Shown piece by piece: positions 1 through 10,098 of a stretch of DNA of 64,000 bases. The notes under the pieces were generated by a model that ran no database searches, was not told the origin of the DNA, and was given only the letters and a program-made list of their open reading frames with translations. Within the stretch, counting starts at the first letter, position 1. Each line of letters starts with the position of its first letter. The DNA comes from an uncultured delta proteobacterium (GTDB lineage: Bacteria > Desulfobacterota > Binatia > UBA9968), in NCBI GenBank assembly GCA_963727625.1, contig CAVSHR010000009.1, forward strand, positions 192,001 through 256,000, in the 5' to 3' direction. A program made the translations under genes and the position numbers.

Positions 1-1
1 G

Positions 2-514
2 ATGGCCATGCTGCTGGTTGCCATGACGCTTCATGGCATTGTCCCAGGCAAGGAGCTGATGACGAACCATCTCGTCGAAGTCTTTCTGCTGATCTGGGCT
101 CTGGTTATCTCCAACGTGCTCAGCTCAATCTTGGCTGTCGCCATCGTCGATATCGCAGCTTGGATCACGGTGATCCGGACCCAACTCCTGGTACCGGCGA
201 TCTTTATACTTTCGATGATCGGCGCCTACGCCTATGAGTATAACATGGGAGACGTTGTGGTCGGCTTCGTCTTTGGCTTCCTCGGATATTATATGAAGAA
301 GCATGCTTACCCTAGAATTTCCCTGGTTATTGCTCTGGTATTGGGCGGGCTGGTCGAGAGGTCGTTGATCCAAACTATACAGCTACAAAATCTGGGTCAG
401 ATCAACTTCATCACCAGACCCATCACTCAGGCTCTTATTGTGCTGACGCTGTTAGCACTGGCATTGCCTTACGTTCGCGCAAGGAAAAGAAACATCAAAA
501 AGGATGAATCGTGA
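2..514 (+). CDS. tctA: Tripartite tricarboxylate transporter large permease TctA family (5'-truncated by window edge)
   Basis: Hydrophobic ORF with TctA C-terminal patterns (HGIVPG, FGFLGYYMKK..YP..LVIALVLG..E, FITRPI); overlaps the next gene. Confidence 0.85.
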   Translation: MAMLLVAMTLHGIVPGKELMTNHLVEVFLLIWALVISNVLSSILAVAIVDIAAWITVIRTQLLVPAIFILSMIGAYAYEYNMGDVVVGFVFGFLGYYMKKHAYPRISLVIALVLGGLVERSLIQTIQLQNLGQINFITRPITQALIVLTLLALALPYVRARKRNIKKDES

Positions 515-1044
515 AGGAAGCGATGCCGATGCCGAGCAGAGAGAAAGGGATCGTTTCGCTCCTGCTGTTGATTTTCTTATCCTTTCTTGTGACGCGCTCG
601 CTGGCCTATCCGTTACGGGCAAGGTTGGCACCATTGGTGGTAGGTCTCCTGACTTGGGGTCTGGTTTTTTTTCAGACCTTGTTCGATTGGTTTCCGGCCT
701 TCGAAAAGCGCTTTGCCGCCTTGCATGGCGAGAGTCTCTTTACCGGCGAACTCTCGTCGATGGCTTTGGAGAAAAACGAAAGCTTCGCTGTTTTGCGAAA
801 GCGGGAAGGGGCTCTATTTTTCTGGCTTTCCGGTCTCCTGTTGGCTTCCTATCTATTCGGTCTGATTATCTCGATGCCGTTATTTGCTCTCGCCTATCTG
901 CGTTTCTGGTCCAAAGAGCGCTGGCTGATGGCGGTCGCTTACAGTTTGGTTGTATGGTTGATAATTTACTCGCTGCTTGTACAACTGCTGCGTGCGCAGC
1001 TTCCGGTGCCCCATCTGCTCGAGTGGTTAAGCATGACCCACTGA
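511..1044 (+). CDS. tctB: Tripartite tricarboxylate transporter small permease TctB family
   Basis: 177 aa membrane protein with GTGA overlap to tctA; TctB-like C-terminus (LLRAQLP). Confidence 0.7.
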   Translation: MKEAMPMPSREKGIVSLLLLIFLSFLVTRSLAYPLRARLAPLVVGLLTWGLVFFQTLFDWFPAFEKRFAALHGESLFTGELSSMALEKNESFAVLRKREGALFFWLSGLLLASYLFGLIISMPLFALAYLRFWSKERWLMAVAYSLVVWLIIYSLLVQLLRAQLPVPHLLEWLSMTH

Positions 1045-1559
1045 ACGCGGGGTTGGGGCTTTGTAAATTTTTCGTGGAGCGCAACCTCCGGAGGAAGGGC
1101 CAAGCGAATCTTTAAAACCACAGACAGGATCGGCGGGCGGTTAACCCTGCTCTGATCGTCACTCAGGACTCTTTCCACGCCGCTATCAGAACCAAGACCG
1201 CTTTCTTACCATCGGCGAACAACATCAAATTCTTGTCGGCGGCAAGTAAAAACGCAATCACTGGATCCCGTCTTTACTTTTGATGTTTCTCAACCAAGCG
1301 CTGAAAAATGTTTTGCCTCCCTCAAAAGCCCAATGCTTCAGAAGACGTTCGCCCGCACGCTGCTCGACTGGAGACTTGCTGCCTTAGCTACCGGTGATTT
1401 AGCCTAAGTGCCGCGTAGCGGGACTGATTTTGCCGTATTGTTCCCGAACTCGCCCTCCGCATCTCGCCGGCCAATATTTCATTTGCCAGCGACTGGTACG
1501 GTTGCCCTTTCCATTTATCGGTCTTGCGGAGCCGGCCCAAAACTTTCGCGTCTCAACGA

Positions 1560-1721
1560 ATCACGGTGAGCTTTCTCGGTCGTCGACCGCTCCTCTGCGA
1601 TCTTCGCTGGAAATTCGGCCTCGGTGATGACGCCGTTTTAGATGATCAGTTTGGCGAGCGCGTCCGTCCGAAGCGAAGTTTGAAAATAATGGCTCCGGCG
1701 TGCTGACCGGTTGTCTTTCAT
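1560..1721 (-). pseudogene. Relic of a small hypothetical protein (TDALAKLII*NGVITEAEF...)
   Basis: Protein-like helix pattern interrupted by in-frame TAA at 1638-1640; 3' end approximate. Confidence 0.3.
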
Positions 1722-1760
1722 CTCGGGTCGCCTTGTTCCCGCGTTATTTTCGGAGCCAAG

Positions 1761-1991
1761 TCAGGTTTCGATTCTCGCGGCTCGCTGTATGCCCCAGCGG
1801 GCGCCGACCCAACCGCATCCAAAGACAATCACGACCGTCGCCGCGACCACGATCAGGTCGCTCTTCGTCATAGAGGCGAGGGGCGTCTTTAACACATCGC
1901 CGAATTCGTGCCACAGGCCGCTCAGATAGACGATCGCTGCGCCGATAATCAGCCCAACTAGCAACCCGACCCCGCAAATGACCGCCTGCAT
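1761..1991 (-). CDS. Small two-TM hypothetical membrane protein
   Basis: Two hydrophobic segments in ORF 1761..2144; ATG at 1991 chosen as the likely start. Confidence 0.45.
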   Translation of the reverse strand: MQAVICGVGLLVGLIIGAAIVYLSGLWHEFGDVLKTPLASMTKSDLIVVAATVVIVFGCGWVGARWGIQRAARIET

Positions 1992-2504
1992 TCCGACTCT
2001 AAGGTTATGATCTATGGAAGTTACAGGTCTCCTGGCCACGGGCATGCACCTCCTGCGTATGGAGTCGTTCCAATACACTATCAAAAGCGCGTCCTGTTCC
2101 TTATGCAACCCCCCTACAATTTCGAATGGCCACGAGTTCTTCAACTACGCGGCTTGCGTCGTTACTTTTGACGGGTCTCAGCCATGGCCGCGGTTGGCCG
2201 GCCGACCCGACGCACAGAAGAAAGCTGCATACCGGAAAGTCTGGACTCGCCGGTAAAGCAAGCCGTTAAAAATCCGAAGTTTTAGAGGCCGATGGAGACG
2301 GTCAGCATGCCGATCGAACCACGCTCAATGCCGTCAACGGCGTACGCGACGTTGTCGGTTTTTTCCTGAAGGCCGATGACGTAGAGCAGCGGCAGGCCGA
2401 GAACGACCTTCAGGAGCTCGTCGATGGACGTTCTGCGCGCTCAAGGGCGGCCCCGATACCCAATTTCGTTGAGCCTTGGGTTTGTTCCGTCTGTTTCTTC
2501 TATT

Positions 2505-3062
2505 TCAGCTTGCGTGTAACTTCTCCGGCTGTCTCAAGCCACAGGTGGCTCTCCATTCTCCGGGTTCGCTTTCGATGAGCTTGAATAATCTCTGGTACTC
2601 TTCAACCTGCGAGTTCCCTTCCCATGGAATGCTCTTGAAGGTGATCCCGGCGTCGCGGTCCAAGATCCAGAGCGAGCGATAGTAAAAGCCACCGTGGGGA
2701 TGCTCTTCGCTACGGATCAGGCCGTAGCGCCGCGCTATTTCGAGATTGCTGTCCGAGACGTAGCGGTAGGGGAGCTCCTCGCCGAAGAGCGCGAGAGCAT
2801 ATTGGCGATGCTTTTCGAGCGAATCGGGCGAGATCATGACGAGATCGGCTCCCGCTTTGAGGATTTTCGCATAATCCTGCTTCAACGAAGCAGCCATGCC
2901 GGCGGCTCAGTTCGGGTGAAATCGGTAGCTATCCTGGGTCGTGAGAATGAGTTTCTCATGGCGCGCGGACAGTTGATGCAGCGGAAGCCTGCCGTCATAT
3001 GTTTCGATGAGAAACTCGGGAGCTTTGACTCCGACTCGAGGTCCTTTCGGTTTGGCGATCAT
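2505..3062 (-). CDS. Selenocysteine-containing AhpC/TSA (peroxiredoxin-like) protein, 185 aa, Sec at codon 52
   Basis: RBS GAGGAG before ATG 3062; N-terminus GPRVGVKAPEF typical of AhpC/TSA; in-frame TGA (2907-2909) at the peroxidatic Cys position (FHPN-U); continues into ISPDS and YRSLWILD; downstream hairpin. Confidence 0.8.
2869..2899 (-). promoter_or_regulatory. Putative bacterial SECIS hairpin
   Basis: Upper stem CTGCTTC-GTT-GAAGCAG starts 13 nt after the UGA; G-led loop; lower stem GCATGG/TTATGC. Confidence 0.65.
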
Positions 3063-3202
3063 ATCGATGCTCCTCGTCGCCCACTTATTGTTGCCGTCTG
3101 ATTATCGGCAAACCGCATCATGCTCCGCAGATCTTAACGCTTGCCGCTCAGACCTTGGCAACCTAGATCCTTGCCGAACGCATTTTTTGTGCGCCGCCGG
3201 GA

Positions 3203-3811
3203 TCAACCATAGCCAAAAACTTTTCGCTCCACGGTTCCGGCCTCGGCATCGTACCAGTTGCGCCAGGCGCTCTCCATCTCACGGCTCCGGATAACCACGC
3301 TCCAGTTTTCCGTCCGGGCGATGATGGCATGGGGCGCGCCGATTGGAATGATCAGGACCTCTCCCGCGCGTTGACGGATCGGCGCTATCGGGCGCAACTC
3401 CGCTCGACCCGGTTCGCTGCCGTCGTCTGTGCGCTGGTAAATTTGTTGGACCGTCTCGCCCTCGAGAATTCCATAGACGGCCCAGCCGAGCTCGCCATGA
3501 TCGTGCGGCTGGCGGCTCGTCGTGGAGCGCTGGTGCGTTGGGCGGATGCAAAAGAGATGCTGCGGATCGGTGTAGAGTCTCCAGGAACCATAACCATCCG
3601 GATCCACCGGCTGCCCATAAGGGATGGCCTTCCGGCACAGAACCCGTGCCAACGATTCTTTGATCTGATCAAGGGAGACGGGATTGGCCAGAAAGCGTTC
3701 CAGGGATTCCTTGGTCCGGCCAAGAATTCGGCTGATCGTTGTCTCCGATTCGAAGTTAGAGCGCACTTCCGAGATAAGGTCGCGCACGGGATCAGTTGAC
3801 TGACTCATCAT
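3203..3811 (-). CDS. Cysteine/thiol dioxygenase-like cupin
   Basis: PHDHG..WAVYGILEG and distal PH motif (3-His cupin metal site). Confidence 0.7.
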   Translation of the reverse strand: MMSQSTDPVRDLISEVRSNFESETTISRILGRTKESLERFLANPVSLDQIKESLARVLCRKAIPYGQPVDPDGYGSWRLYTDPQHLFCIRPTHQRSTTSRQPHDHGELGWAVYGILEGETVQQIYQRTDDGSEPGRAELRPIAPIRQRAGEVLIIPIGAPHAIIARTENWSVVIRSREMESAWRNWYDAEAGTVERKVFGYG

Positions 3812-4199
3812 TCTTTTTCCTCAGTTTTTGAATTTGATCCGAGTGATGGAATCATGCGGCGGCGCCTCCTTGCTTCCTATATCAGCTTGCGTCAAATCGG
3901 CACAAGCGCACGTCCTGTCGGAACCATGGATCCGGGTCCGATAGAGATCGTTACTTGAAAAGGCTCCCCACCCGCAAATGACCCTCGACTGGCCTCGCTC
4001 AGAGGTCGCCTGCACTTTTTAGCGCGAGGGAAGACCTTGCCCTTGGTTTTGGCGATGTTTATAAATCTCTCCCGCGAAGTTGACTTAGGCAAAAAGCGCT
4101 TTATCGTAGAATCTGTTTCATACTCGACCCGGACCGTGCCGCTTTCGCGTTTTTATTTTCACTGTTGATTCGTGAGAGGCGCAGCCCCGGAGGGAATTT

Positions 4200-5957
4200 A
4201 TGGAAAGCAGCGCCACGAGCTTGCCATCACGAAGTTTCTTTCAGCGCCTCCTGGCCTTCGACCGATCGGTCGGCGCCGGTCACAATCCCCTCTGGCTCTT
4301 CGTGCCGATCGGGTTGATCGTTGCTTATCTGGTTTTGCCGCCGCTGTTTTTCATCGTTTACTCGAGCTTCGTCCCGCCTCTCGAAGCTCCAAGCCAAGCG
4401 CTCACGTTTTCGAATTATTTCGATATTTTTGCCTCGCTCGACGAATTCAAGGAACTCGCGTGGAATTCATTGGTCTTTTCGGTGGGGAGCTCCGCTTGGG
4501 CGCTGTTCTTCGGTACCACATTGGCATGGCTAGCCGAACGCAGCAATGCGCCGTTTCGGAGCGTCGCCTACGTTTCGGCCTTTGTCTCCTTCGCCGTTCC
4601 CGGCTTGATCAAAGTTATCGGCTGGATCCTTTTGCTTGGTCCAGAAGCCGGGTTTTTGAACGTTGCCTTTGGGTCGATAACGGGGATCATGCCGATCTTT
4701 GATATCTTTTCCATGAGCGGCATGGTTTTGATCGAAGGATTTCTATGGACTCCGGTGGTGTTTTTATTAATGGCCACGCCGTTTCGATCCATGGACCCCT
4801 CGCTCGAAGAGGCCGCCGTGGTCGCCGGCAGCACCAATTGGCAGGTATTTAAAAAAGTAACCTTTCCGATGGCGATGCCGAGCGTTTTGTCGGTGCTCAT
4901 GCTGACTTTCATCCGCAGCCTTGAAGCCTTCGAAATCCCCGCGTTGGTTGGCATCCCCGCCGGTGTCCAGGTTTTTACCACGCAGATATACCTGCAGTTG
5001 ACCGAAGGCTACATTCCGGAATACGGGTTCGCCAGCGCCTATTCGGTGCTGCTCATCGCCGTAGTGGGTTTGGCGCTGATTCCTTACTACCGCGTCACTA
5101 AAAACGTTCACAGATTCACCACCGTCACCGGCAAGGGTTTCAATCCGCGCCGCATCGATCTCGGAAAACTGCGCTTGCTCGGCGGCGCGCTACTTTTGAT
5201 CTTGCCGCTCCTGCAGCTGTTGCCGCTTCTGGCTTTGCTCTGGTCTTCCCTGACGCCTTACTTGCAGCCGCCGTCCATGGCGGCGTTCAAAGAGCTTTCG
5301 TTCAATCACTATATTGAAGCCTTCAGCAATGACCAGTTGATGTCGTCGATCACCAACAGCCTGGTCATCAGCATCACTTCGGCAAGCGGCGCGGTATTCA
5401 TCGCCTTCGTCGCCGCCTGGATCGTAGCCCGGACAAGCCTGCGCTCGCGCTGGACGTTGGACCGCATGATCATGCTGCCGCTGGTTTTCCCGGGCATCGT
5501 CATGGCCGTGGCCATCTTGAAAATGTATCTAACCATCCCCGTTCCGATCTACGGCACAATCTGGATCATGGTGGTCGCTTTTGCCGCACGGTACCTGCCC
5601 TATGCCATGCGCTTTTGTCATTCCGGCTTGCTTGGAATCCACAAAGAGTTGGAGGAAAGCGCCACCGCCAGCGGCGCGACTTGGGGGCAGGCGGTGCGCA
5701 ATGTTGTCGTGCCTTTGATGATGCCGGCGCTCTTCGCGGCATGGATTTACATATTCTTGATCACAATCCGGGAACTCGCGATGGCCCTTTTGCTCTATAG
5801 CCCGGGATCGGAAGTCATCTCCGTCGTCATTTGGGAATTATGGGAGAACGGCCATGTCGGGACGCTGGCGGCGTACGCCTTGGGCATTACCGCGGGTACG
5901 GTGCTGTTGGCCGCCCTGTTTCACAAAATCAGTCGTAGCTACAGCTTAACTGTTTAG
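4200..5957 (+). CDS. ABC transporter permease, FbpB-like (two fused TM modules)
   Basis: Two EAA loops (SLEEAA..AGS; ELEESA..SGA); paralog of 16175..17866. Confidence 0.9.
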   Translation: MESSATSLPSRSFFQRLLAFDRSVGAGHNPLWLFVPIGLIVAYLVLPPLFFIVYSSFVPPLEAPSQALTFSNYFDIFASLDEFKELAWNSLVFSVGSSAWALFFGTTLAWLAERSNAPFRSVAYVSAFVSFAVPGLIKVIGWILLLGPEAGFLNVAFGSITGIMPIFDIFSMSGMVLIEGFLWTPVVFLLMATPFRSMDPSLEEAAVVAGSTNWQVFKKVTFPMAMPSVLSVLMLTFIRSLEAFEIPALVGIPAGVQVFTTQIYLQLTEGYIPEYGFASAYSVLLIAVVGLALIPYYRVTKNVHRFTTVTGKGFNPRRIDLGKLRLLGGALLLILPLLQLLPLLALLWSSLTPYLQPPSMAAFKELSFNHYIEAFSNDQLMSSITNSLVISITSASGAVFIAFVAAWIVARTSLRSRWTLDRMIMLPLVFPGIVMAVAILKMYLTIPVPIYGTIWIMVVAFAARYLPYAMRFCHSGLLGIHKELEESATASGATWGQAVRNVVVPLMMPALFAAWIYIFLITIRELAMALLLYSPGSEVISVVIWELWENGHVGTLAAYALGITAGTVLLAALFHKISRSYSLTV

Positions 5958-6123
5958 TCAATAATGGCGGAGAGTCTAGTCGAGAATATGGCTAGATCAC
6001 TGACGTGGAATTCATCGTGCCGTGAAGGGTTTAAATTTGACTGAAAAATAACAGCTGCGCCGATGGGCTAGGCAGAGTTCAAACCTAGTCCCATCGGCGC
6101 GCAAGTTCGTTTGTAGAATTCTC

Positions 6124-7167
6124 TTAGTTTCGCCCAACCTGTTTGAGCAGTTTATTCCAACCCTTTTCGGCTTTAACATACTCCATGGTGGCCATGCCCC
6201 GCTCCGGTTGATAGCTCGGGAAGGGGTAATCTTTCCAAGCGACGGCATAGTGCAATTTTTCCAGAATGCTTTGACCGCCGTCGCTGAGGAGGAAATCGAT
6301 GAAGAGCAATGCAGCGTGGGGATGCGGCCCGTTCTTGATAACCGCCGCGCCGCCGGCGTTGGCCGGGACCAAATCCATGGGAACCCACTTGACTGGCGCT
6401 CCGCTATCGACCTTCGCCAACACGTGATTGCGGAAGATCGTCGGCGAGCCAAGAACTTCACCGGCGATGATCAAATCCCGCAACGCCGCGCCGGAAATTT
6501 TGAATAGCTTAACGTCCTGTTTTTTGTACTTGTTCAAATACTCCTTGCCTTTTACTTTCAGCATCGTGCCGATGACCCGGTCGCCGGTGCTGTTGAGCTG
6601 CATGCCCATTTTCCCTTTCCACACCGGTTTGAGCAAATCGTCGAAGTTTTTCGGCACGTCCTTTTCGGCGACCAGCTTGGTGTTATAACCGAAGCCGATG
6701 AACGACACTCGATCATTGACCCAAAACATATTGCCGCCCTTATCGTCGTATCTAGCGGTCTCCGGGTAGCGTTTCAGCACGGGCGAATTGTAGGGTTGAA
6801 GAATTTTCTTGTCGCGCAACAACATGAGCGTGCCCGGTGTGGTTTCGAGGGCATCCACTATGAAACGTCCGGCCTGGGCTTCGTTGAGTATTTTCGGCGT
6901 CAAATCCTTGCTGCCAGCACGGTAGACTTCGATTTTCACATCGGGATATTTATTTCCAAAGGCCTTCACGATCGCCTTGTACGAGGCACCGGCCAGAGAC
7001 GTATACCAGACAATCTTGCCTTCTTTTTTTGCGCCCTCTAAAAGCATCTGTTCACGGTCCGCGCCCTTGTACGTGGCTAACTCATCCGCCGTCTTCGGTT
7101 TGCTTTGCGCCCAAAGCGGCGACGACATCATGATACTTACAGCAGCAACCAAGCTGACAACCTTCAT
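6124..7167 (-). CDS. ABC extracellular solute-binding protein (Fe3+/thiamine/polyamine-like cluster)
   Basis: Signal peptide; GAKKEGKIVWYTS; PHPHAALLFIDFLLS. Confidence 0.85.
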   Translation of the reverse strand: MKVVSLVAAVSIMMSSPLWAQSKPKTADELATYKGADREQMLLEGAKKEGKIVWYTSLAGASYKAIVKAFGNKYPDVKIEVYRAGSKDLTPKILNEAQAGRFIVDALETTPGTLMLLRDKKILQPYNSPVLKRYPETARYDDKGGNMFWVNDRVSFIGFGYNTKLVAEKDVPKNFDDLLKPVWKGKMGMQLNSTGDRVIGTMLKVKGKEYLNKYKKQDVKLFKISGAALRDLIIAGEVLGSPTIFRNHVLAKVDSGAPVKWVPMDLVPANAGGAAVIKNGPHPHAALLFIDFLLSDGGQSILEKLHYAVAWKDYPFPSYQPERGMATMEYVKAEKGWNKLLKQVGRN

Positions 7168-7512
7168 ATCGCTTCTCCTTTCGCTCTCGAATCTTGCATA
7201 AATGGTCCCATCCTACTTTATCCTAGAACTGTGGATTTCTAAGTCAATCACTCGAGGCCGGATTTTTCTCCTGGCTTTTCCATTCCGAAATCTGTGCGGT
7301 GCCGAAGTCCTGCTCAGCACGACGGTCTGCCGCTGGACGCCAGAGCTCAGAACCCGAGAACCGTAGCCCTCGGCTCCTGACCAGAGTTGTTTAGAATGAC
7401 TCATCAAATTGGGACTTAGAATAATCAACTGCCGGACGGATTCCGCGAAGGTGGAAAACTGTTTTCGATTGCGATAAGTGAAAACTCTATACTTTGAGGA
7501 TTTGAATCAAGT

Positions 7513-8694
7513 ATGATTTCCGGAGCTCTTGAAGGAACCACTTGCATCGACGTCAGCGGCCACGTCGCCGGACCCTACGCCAGCAGTTTGCTCGGCGATC
7601 TTGGCTGCGAAGTGATCAAGGTAGAATTGCCCAACGGCGGCGACACCCACCGCGGGCGTAATCCGAAATACGAAGGCTACGGACCGAGCTTTCGCGCGCT
7701 CAACCGCAACAAGAAGAGCGTCACCCTCGATCTGCGGCACAAAAAAGGCAGCGAGATTGTGCTCAAGCTTTTGGCAACAGCGGATATCTTCCTCGAAAAC
7801 TTCCGTCCGCCGACCAGAGCCAAACTTGGGCTCGACTACGACGAGCTGGCGAAGCTAAATCCGAAATTGATTCACTGTTCGATCTCCGGCTACGGCCAGA
7901 GCGGCCCTTACCGCGACAAGCCCGGTTTCGACACCATCGGCCAGGCGTTGAGCGGCATGATGAGCCTGGTTACCGATCTCGACGACCCGAAGGTCGCCGG
8001 CGTTTCTTTCGTCGATCATTCCGCCGGAATCTTTGCCGCCCACGGCATCATGGCCGCGCTTTTGGCGCGGGCGAAAACCGGGCGCGGCCAGTTCATCGAC
8101 GTTTCCCTGTTACAAGTGGCGATCGCTTTCATTGAATCCCACGTCGCCGATTACCTGAACGGCGGCGAGGCGGTTTCGCGGGAAAATTTTCCCAAGGGAC
8201 GAATTTATAGCCTGCTCGACTGTGACGGGAAGCCTTTCATGGTTCACCTTTCGGGCCACAACGAAGCCTGGGAAGGACTGCTGCAAGCAGCAGAGCTCGA
8301 CAACCTGGCCGGCGACCCACGCTTCGCCAACCGCAAACAGCGCACCGATCGCCACGATGAGATCGTCAGGATATTGCGCGAGCAGTTTAGCAAAAAGCCG
8401 CGTGAATACTGGCTACGCAGACTCGACGCCAAGAGTATTCCCAACGCGCCGATCAACACGATCCAAGAAGTTTTCGACAACCCCCAGATCAAGCATCTCG
8501 GAATTCCCAAGCGGATCAGCCATCCGAAAATGGGCGCGAGCAAGCTGGTGGGCAGTCCGATCAATATGTCGGACACCCCGCCACAGTTCTTTCGTCCCGC
8601 GCCGCTGTTAGGCGAGAATACCGAAGAAGTGTTGGGAAAGTTGGGTTACGACAATAACGCCTTGAATGAATTAAGAGTGAGCGGAGTAATATAG
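7513..8694 (+). CDS. Family III CoA transferase (CaiB/BaiF)
   Basis: AGPYA..LGDLG.EVIKVE, NRNKKSVTLDL, ENFRP, catalytic Asp (FVDHSAG), APLLGE. Confidence 0.92.
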   Translation: MISGALEGTTCIDVSGHVAGPYASSLLGDLGCEVIKVELPNGGDTHRGRNPKYEGYGPSFRALNRNKKSVTLDLRHKKGSEIVLKLLATADIFLENFRPPTRAKLGLDYDELAKLNPKLIHCSISGYGQSGPYRDKPGFDTIGQALSGMMSLVTDLDDPKVAGVSFVDHSAGIFAAHGIMAALLARAKTGRGQFIDVSLLQVAIAFIESHVADYLNGGEAVSRENFPKGRIYSLLDCDGKPFMVHLSGHNEAWEGLLQAAELDNLAGDPRFANRKQRTDRHDEIVRILREQFSKKPREYWLRRLDAKSIPNAPINTIQEVFDNPQIKHLGIPKRISHPKMGASKLVGSPINMSDTPPQFFRPAPLLGENTEEVLGKLGYDNNALNELRVSGVI

Positions 8695-8706
8695 AACCTT
8701 TGTTTG

Positions 8707-8766
8707 GAGTCTAGCGTCTCGTGTCTGCTGTTAACGCTGGACGCTAAACCCTGGACGCCAGACTGG
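8707..8766. repeat. Degenerate heptamer inverted-repeat element
   Basis: GAGTCTA GCGTCTC GTGTCTG ... TGGACGC TAAACCC TGGACGC CAGACTG. Confidence 0.6.
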
Positions 8767-8783
8767 AGAAAAAAGGAGCAACT

Positions 8784-9998
8784 ATGGATTTTAATGTATC
8801 AGCGGACCCGCCTCATGTCGTGGAATTTCGCAAAGAGGTCGCGGCCTGGATGGCCGAGCAGTTCAAAGGCCACGAGCACCTGCGTTGGTCGGCGTCTTGG
8901 TCGACGCGCGAGGACCAAGACGAGTACAAGTTTCGCCGCGGGTTGGCCGAAAAGTTAGGCGCCAAAGGCTGGCTGTTTCCGCTTTATCCGAAAAAATACG
9001 GTGGCGCCGAGCTCACGGTCGAACACCAGATGGTGCTCGAAACCGAGCTGTTCAATTACGGCCTCAACCTCTCTCACGTATTCTACACCCTGGCGCGCAT
9101 CGTCGCGCCGGTGCTGATCCGCTGGGGCACCGAAGAACAGAAGAATGAATTCTTGGAGCCGATCATGCGCGCGCAAATTTGCGTGTGGCAGGTGCTCACC
9201 GAACCGCACGGCGGCAGCGACATCGCCAATTGCCAAACCAAGGCGATCCGCGACGGCGATGACTACGTCGTCAACGGCCAGAAAGTCATGGTCGGCCATC
9301 ATCTGCCGCCGGACTATCTGTGGACACTGGTGTGCACCAACCCGGGAGGCAAACGCCACGAAAATCTTGCGTGGCTGCATATCCCGGCCAACCTGCCGGG
9401 CATCACCATCCAGCACATGAACATGATGATGGGCATCAAGAACTCCGTGTTCTTCGACAACGTGCGCGTGCCGGCGAAATATTTAATCGGCGGCGAGAAC
9501 AACGGCTGGAAGGTCGCCAGCACCCACATGGAGCTCGAACACGGCGGCGACGGCCGCATCGGCGCCGATCCGCTGATCGAGCGCGTCGTCGAGTACTGCC
9601 GCAAGACCCACATCGATGGCAAGCCGATCCTCGAAGACCCGCGCGTGCGCGATCTGATCGCCGACATGACGATCGAATTGAATACACTGCGCCGTTTCAA
9701 TCAGCTGATTTACTGGCGGCGATTTGCCAAAAAACCGCATCCCTACGGCGGCCCGCAGCAGCGTTACTACCAGCGTATGCTGCGTCTGCGCAACGGCGAG
9801 CGCCTGCAGGCGATCATGGGCGCCGACGCCTTGGAGCAGAATTTATCCGTGCACGAAGTGGTCGATTTTGAATACGCCGTGCGCACCGGCCCCGGCCAGT
9901 TGCACGGCGGCGGCACTCTCGATACCGACCGCTTGATTTTTGCCCGTCGTCTCGGCCTCGGCCGTCCGACCACGGAGAAAGCGCCGGAAACCGACTAA
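8784..9998 (+). CDS. Acyl-CoA dehydrogenase (FAD-binding/catalytic-type subunit)
   Basis: LTEPHGGSD, VNGQK, VFFDNVRVP, GGENNGW, HGGGT. Confidence 0.9.
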   Translation: MDFNVSADPPHVVEFRKEVAAWMAEQFKGHEHLRWSASWSTREDQDEYKFRRGLAEKLGAKGWLFPLYPKKYGGAELTVEHQMVLETELFNYGLNLSHVFYTLARIVAPVLIRWGTEEQKNEFLEPIMRAQICVWQVLTEPHGGSDIANCQTKAIRDGDDYVVNGQKVMVGHHLPPDYLWTLVCTNPGGKRHENLAWLHIPANLPGITIQHMNMMMGIKNSVFFDNVRVPAKYLIGGENNGWKVASTHMELEHGGDGRIGADPLIERVVEYCRKTHIDGKPILEDPRVRDLIADMTIELNTLRRFNQLIYWRRFAKKPHPYGGPQQRYYQRMLRLRNGERLQAIMGADALEQNLSVHEVVDFEYAVRTGPGQLHGGGTLDTDRLIFARRLGLGRPTTEKAPETD

Positions 9999-9999
9999 T

Positions 10000-10084
10000 A
10001 GGCATGAGACGAAAGGCGCGAGCCGTGAGCAAGAAACAGAGTTAGGATCTGACTCGCGCCTCATGCCTCACGACTCACGCCTCG
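10000..10084. repeat. Degenerate heptamer inverted-repeat element
   Basis: AGGCATG AGACGAA AGGCGCG AGCCGTG ... CGCGCCT CATGCCT CACGACT CACGCCT. Confidence 0.65.
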
Positions 10085-10098
10085 ATAGGAGTTAAACC

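Noticed and set aside
2280-2470. Minus-strand protein-like fragment (SIDELLKVVLGLPLLYVIGLQE...)
   Set aside because: No start codon or recognisable family; cannot be supported without a search.
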